A stretch of 64,000 nucleotides of DNA from Neoechinorhynchus agilis (taxonomy: Eukaryota; Animalia; Acanthocephala): NCBI GenBank assembly GCA_051530055.1, contig CM121342.1:6013489-6077488 (forward strand). Reading direction: 5' to 3'. The stretch's first letter is position 1, and every line of letters starts with the position of its first letter. The notes under the pieces are model-generated. The model ran no database searches and had not been told where the DNA came from. It saw only the letters and a list, made by a program, of their open reading frames with translations. This document shows, piece after piece, positions 62,501 through 64,000 of this stretch. A program made the translations under genes and the position numbers.

Positions 62501-63087
62501 TAGCACCAAATTATCGCCCCTACAATTCGGCTAATTTTCCGTAATTCTCCTCCTCGCTCGTCTCATTCAATTGGACTTATCGAAATAATTAGACTTCGTA
62601 GACCATTCACTCTTTTCGGTCTCAACTTAAGGCGCAGATCCACTGGCTCGAATCTTAACACTCGCAAACAGCCTCCTCCTCCTCCTCAACTCAAGATGCC
62701 GCGTCCTATCATCACTTCTTTTTCTCCTTAATCTCCAACGAAATCATCCACATCAAAGATTTCTGCACCATTCACAGAGTCCATCTGAATTTCTCTAAAT
62801 GCTTCGAAATGATTCCCTCACTTATTCTTTTAATGTTCCGAATAGACAAATGCTGTCTTTAATAATTTCATATCTTTTAAACTAACATCTCAAATTTTTG
62901 TCCAATATAAACTTCGATTCCGTCTTCTTTGATTCGATTTCAAATGTCAGTTTAGAATCTTTTTTCGGCCTTGGAATCGAGATTTCGAATTGCAAAAAAA
63001 AAGAGAAAACTTGAATCACAGTTGCGAGCACCTATCAGTAAGAGCTCACCTTTTCTTTTTAAAAAAAAGACGAATTTTGTCACAAAA

Positions 63088-63243
63088 ATGAACCGCGGAT
63101 ACGAACTCCACCGTCGCAGAAGACGCCATCATGAACACCACCACGGACAACATCCTGAACAAACTCATAATCGCCATTCACAAAATCATCACAGATCCCA
63201 GCATCCACCAAATGGACCTCCACAAGGATGCTGCATTATGTAA
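63088..63243 (+). CDS. 51-aa His-rich peptide ending in a CaaX box
   Basis: MNRGYELHRRRRRHHEHHHGQH...PQGCCIM*; 12 His; GC content is higher than the flanks. Confidence 0.45.
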   Translation: MNRGYELHRRRRRHHEHHHGQHPEQTHNRHSQNHHRSQHPPNGPPQGCCIM

Positions 63244-63769
63244 TGGATTATAATCTAAAATATATTTGTGCTCATTTCACTTCTGGCTCGAATTAAGAAT
63301 TAGTCTCATAAACAAAATCACATTTCATCTAAAATTCTAAGAAGAACCGTTATTTAACGTGCTTAAAGATTTTGAAGAAATCTATACAATTTTCTTAGTC
63401 TAACTCTCAAATTGATCATTGAAATACTATCAAAAATCGTAGAAAAAAAGAGCTTGGATGTTGTTCATAAGACAAAAATCAACTCGAATATCCATTGGAC
63501 CAATGATCCATTCTATTTCCTATAGAACATGTAAGAAATTATTCTATAATTGCTTGGATAAAACTATTTAAAGAGATAGCATTGTAAATCATCGGTTCGA
63601 TGGCAAAAAATTAAGCCTTTCAATTGACCATTTGCAACTCGATTTAGATGCTCCAATCGGATAAAATCAAAAACAATCGGATCTATTTTCGTCGTTTTTT
63701 AATTTTTTTTTGAAAAACATAATATATTTTTAACAATTCAAACAATCTGAAGCACACTCACCACCTCCC

Positions 63770-63860
63770 GCCAAATTCCAGCTTTTGTCCTTCCTCGACC
63801 GTCGCCATCACGCCGGCAGCATTGCCCCGTTGTACTGCCAGCGAGATATTTTGTCGAATG
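63770..63860 (-). mobile_element. CRE-clade retrotransposon extreme 3' end
   Basis: Reads IRQNISLAVQRGNAAGVMATVEEGQKLE and shares cgacaaaatatctcgct with 2119-2135. Confidence 0.7.
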
Positions 63861-64000
63861 AATCTTTTTTTCCATTTTTTCTCAAATAACAACAATTAAA
63901 ACTATTTTATCAAAAAGATGATCTCAATGTCCGTTACAAAGCTCTCTTATTGTTTTCCTTTTTTACGGAATTATTTAAAAGTTTAAAAAGATAATTTTTT

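Overview
AT-rich eukaryotic genomic DNA, most likely from an invertebrate animal (inferred from GALNT, TAO kinase and an AUTS2/Tay-type motif). Genes carry very short GT-AG introns (26-100 nt) alongside a few kb-sized introns filled with tandem repeats. Recognisable genes: a lipoyl-less 2-oxoacid dehydrogenase E2, GALNT, ATAD2, MCM9, TAO kinase, the C-terminal part of SEC24C/D, an AUTS2/Tay-motif Q/P-rich protein, GINS2, an ankyrin-repeat protein and RAD6/UBE2A, plus several small orphan ORFs. About 19 mutually unrelated tandem arrays or duplications cover roughly a third of the window (my estimate about 23 kb). There are also at least eight unrelated foldback inverted repeats, decayed CRE-clade and APE-type LINE fragments, and a 410-bp dispersed repeat. 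The most striking item is the 36.3-37.7 kb array. On the minus strand its unit is a tRNA-like Pol III head (A and B boxes), then a complete hammerhead ribozyme core whose three strands lie in a non-canonical order, then a T4 terminator. Also notable is a duplicated, diverged alternative terminal exon of RAD6. All calls come from reading the sequence by eye; no searches or folding were run.
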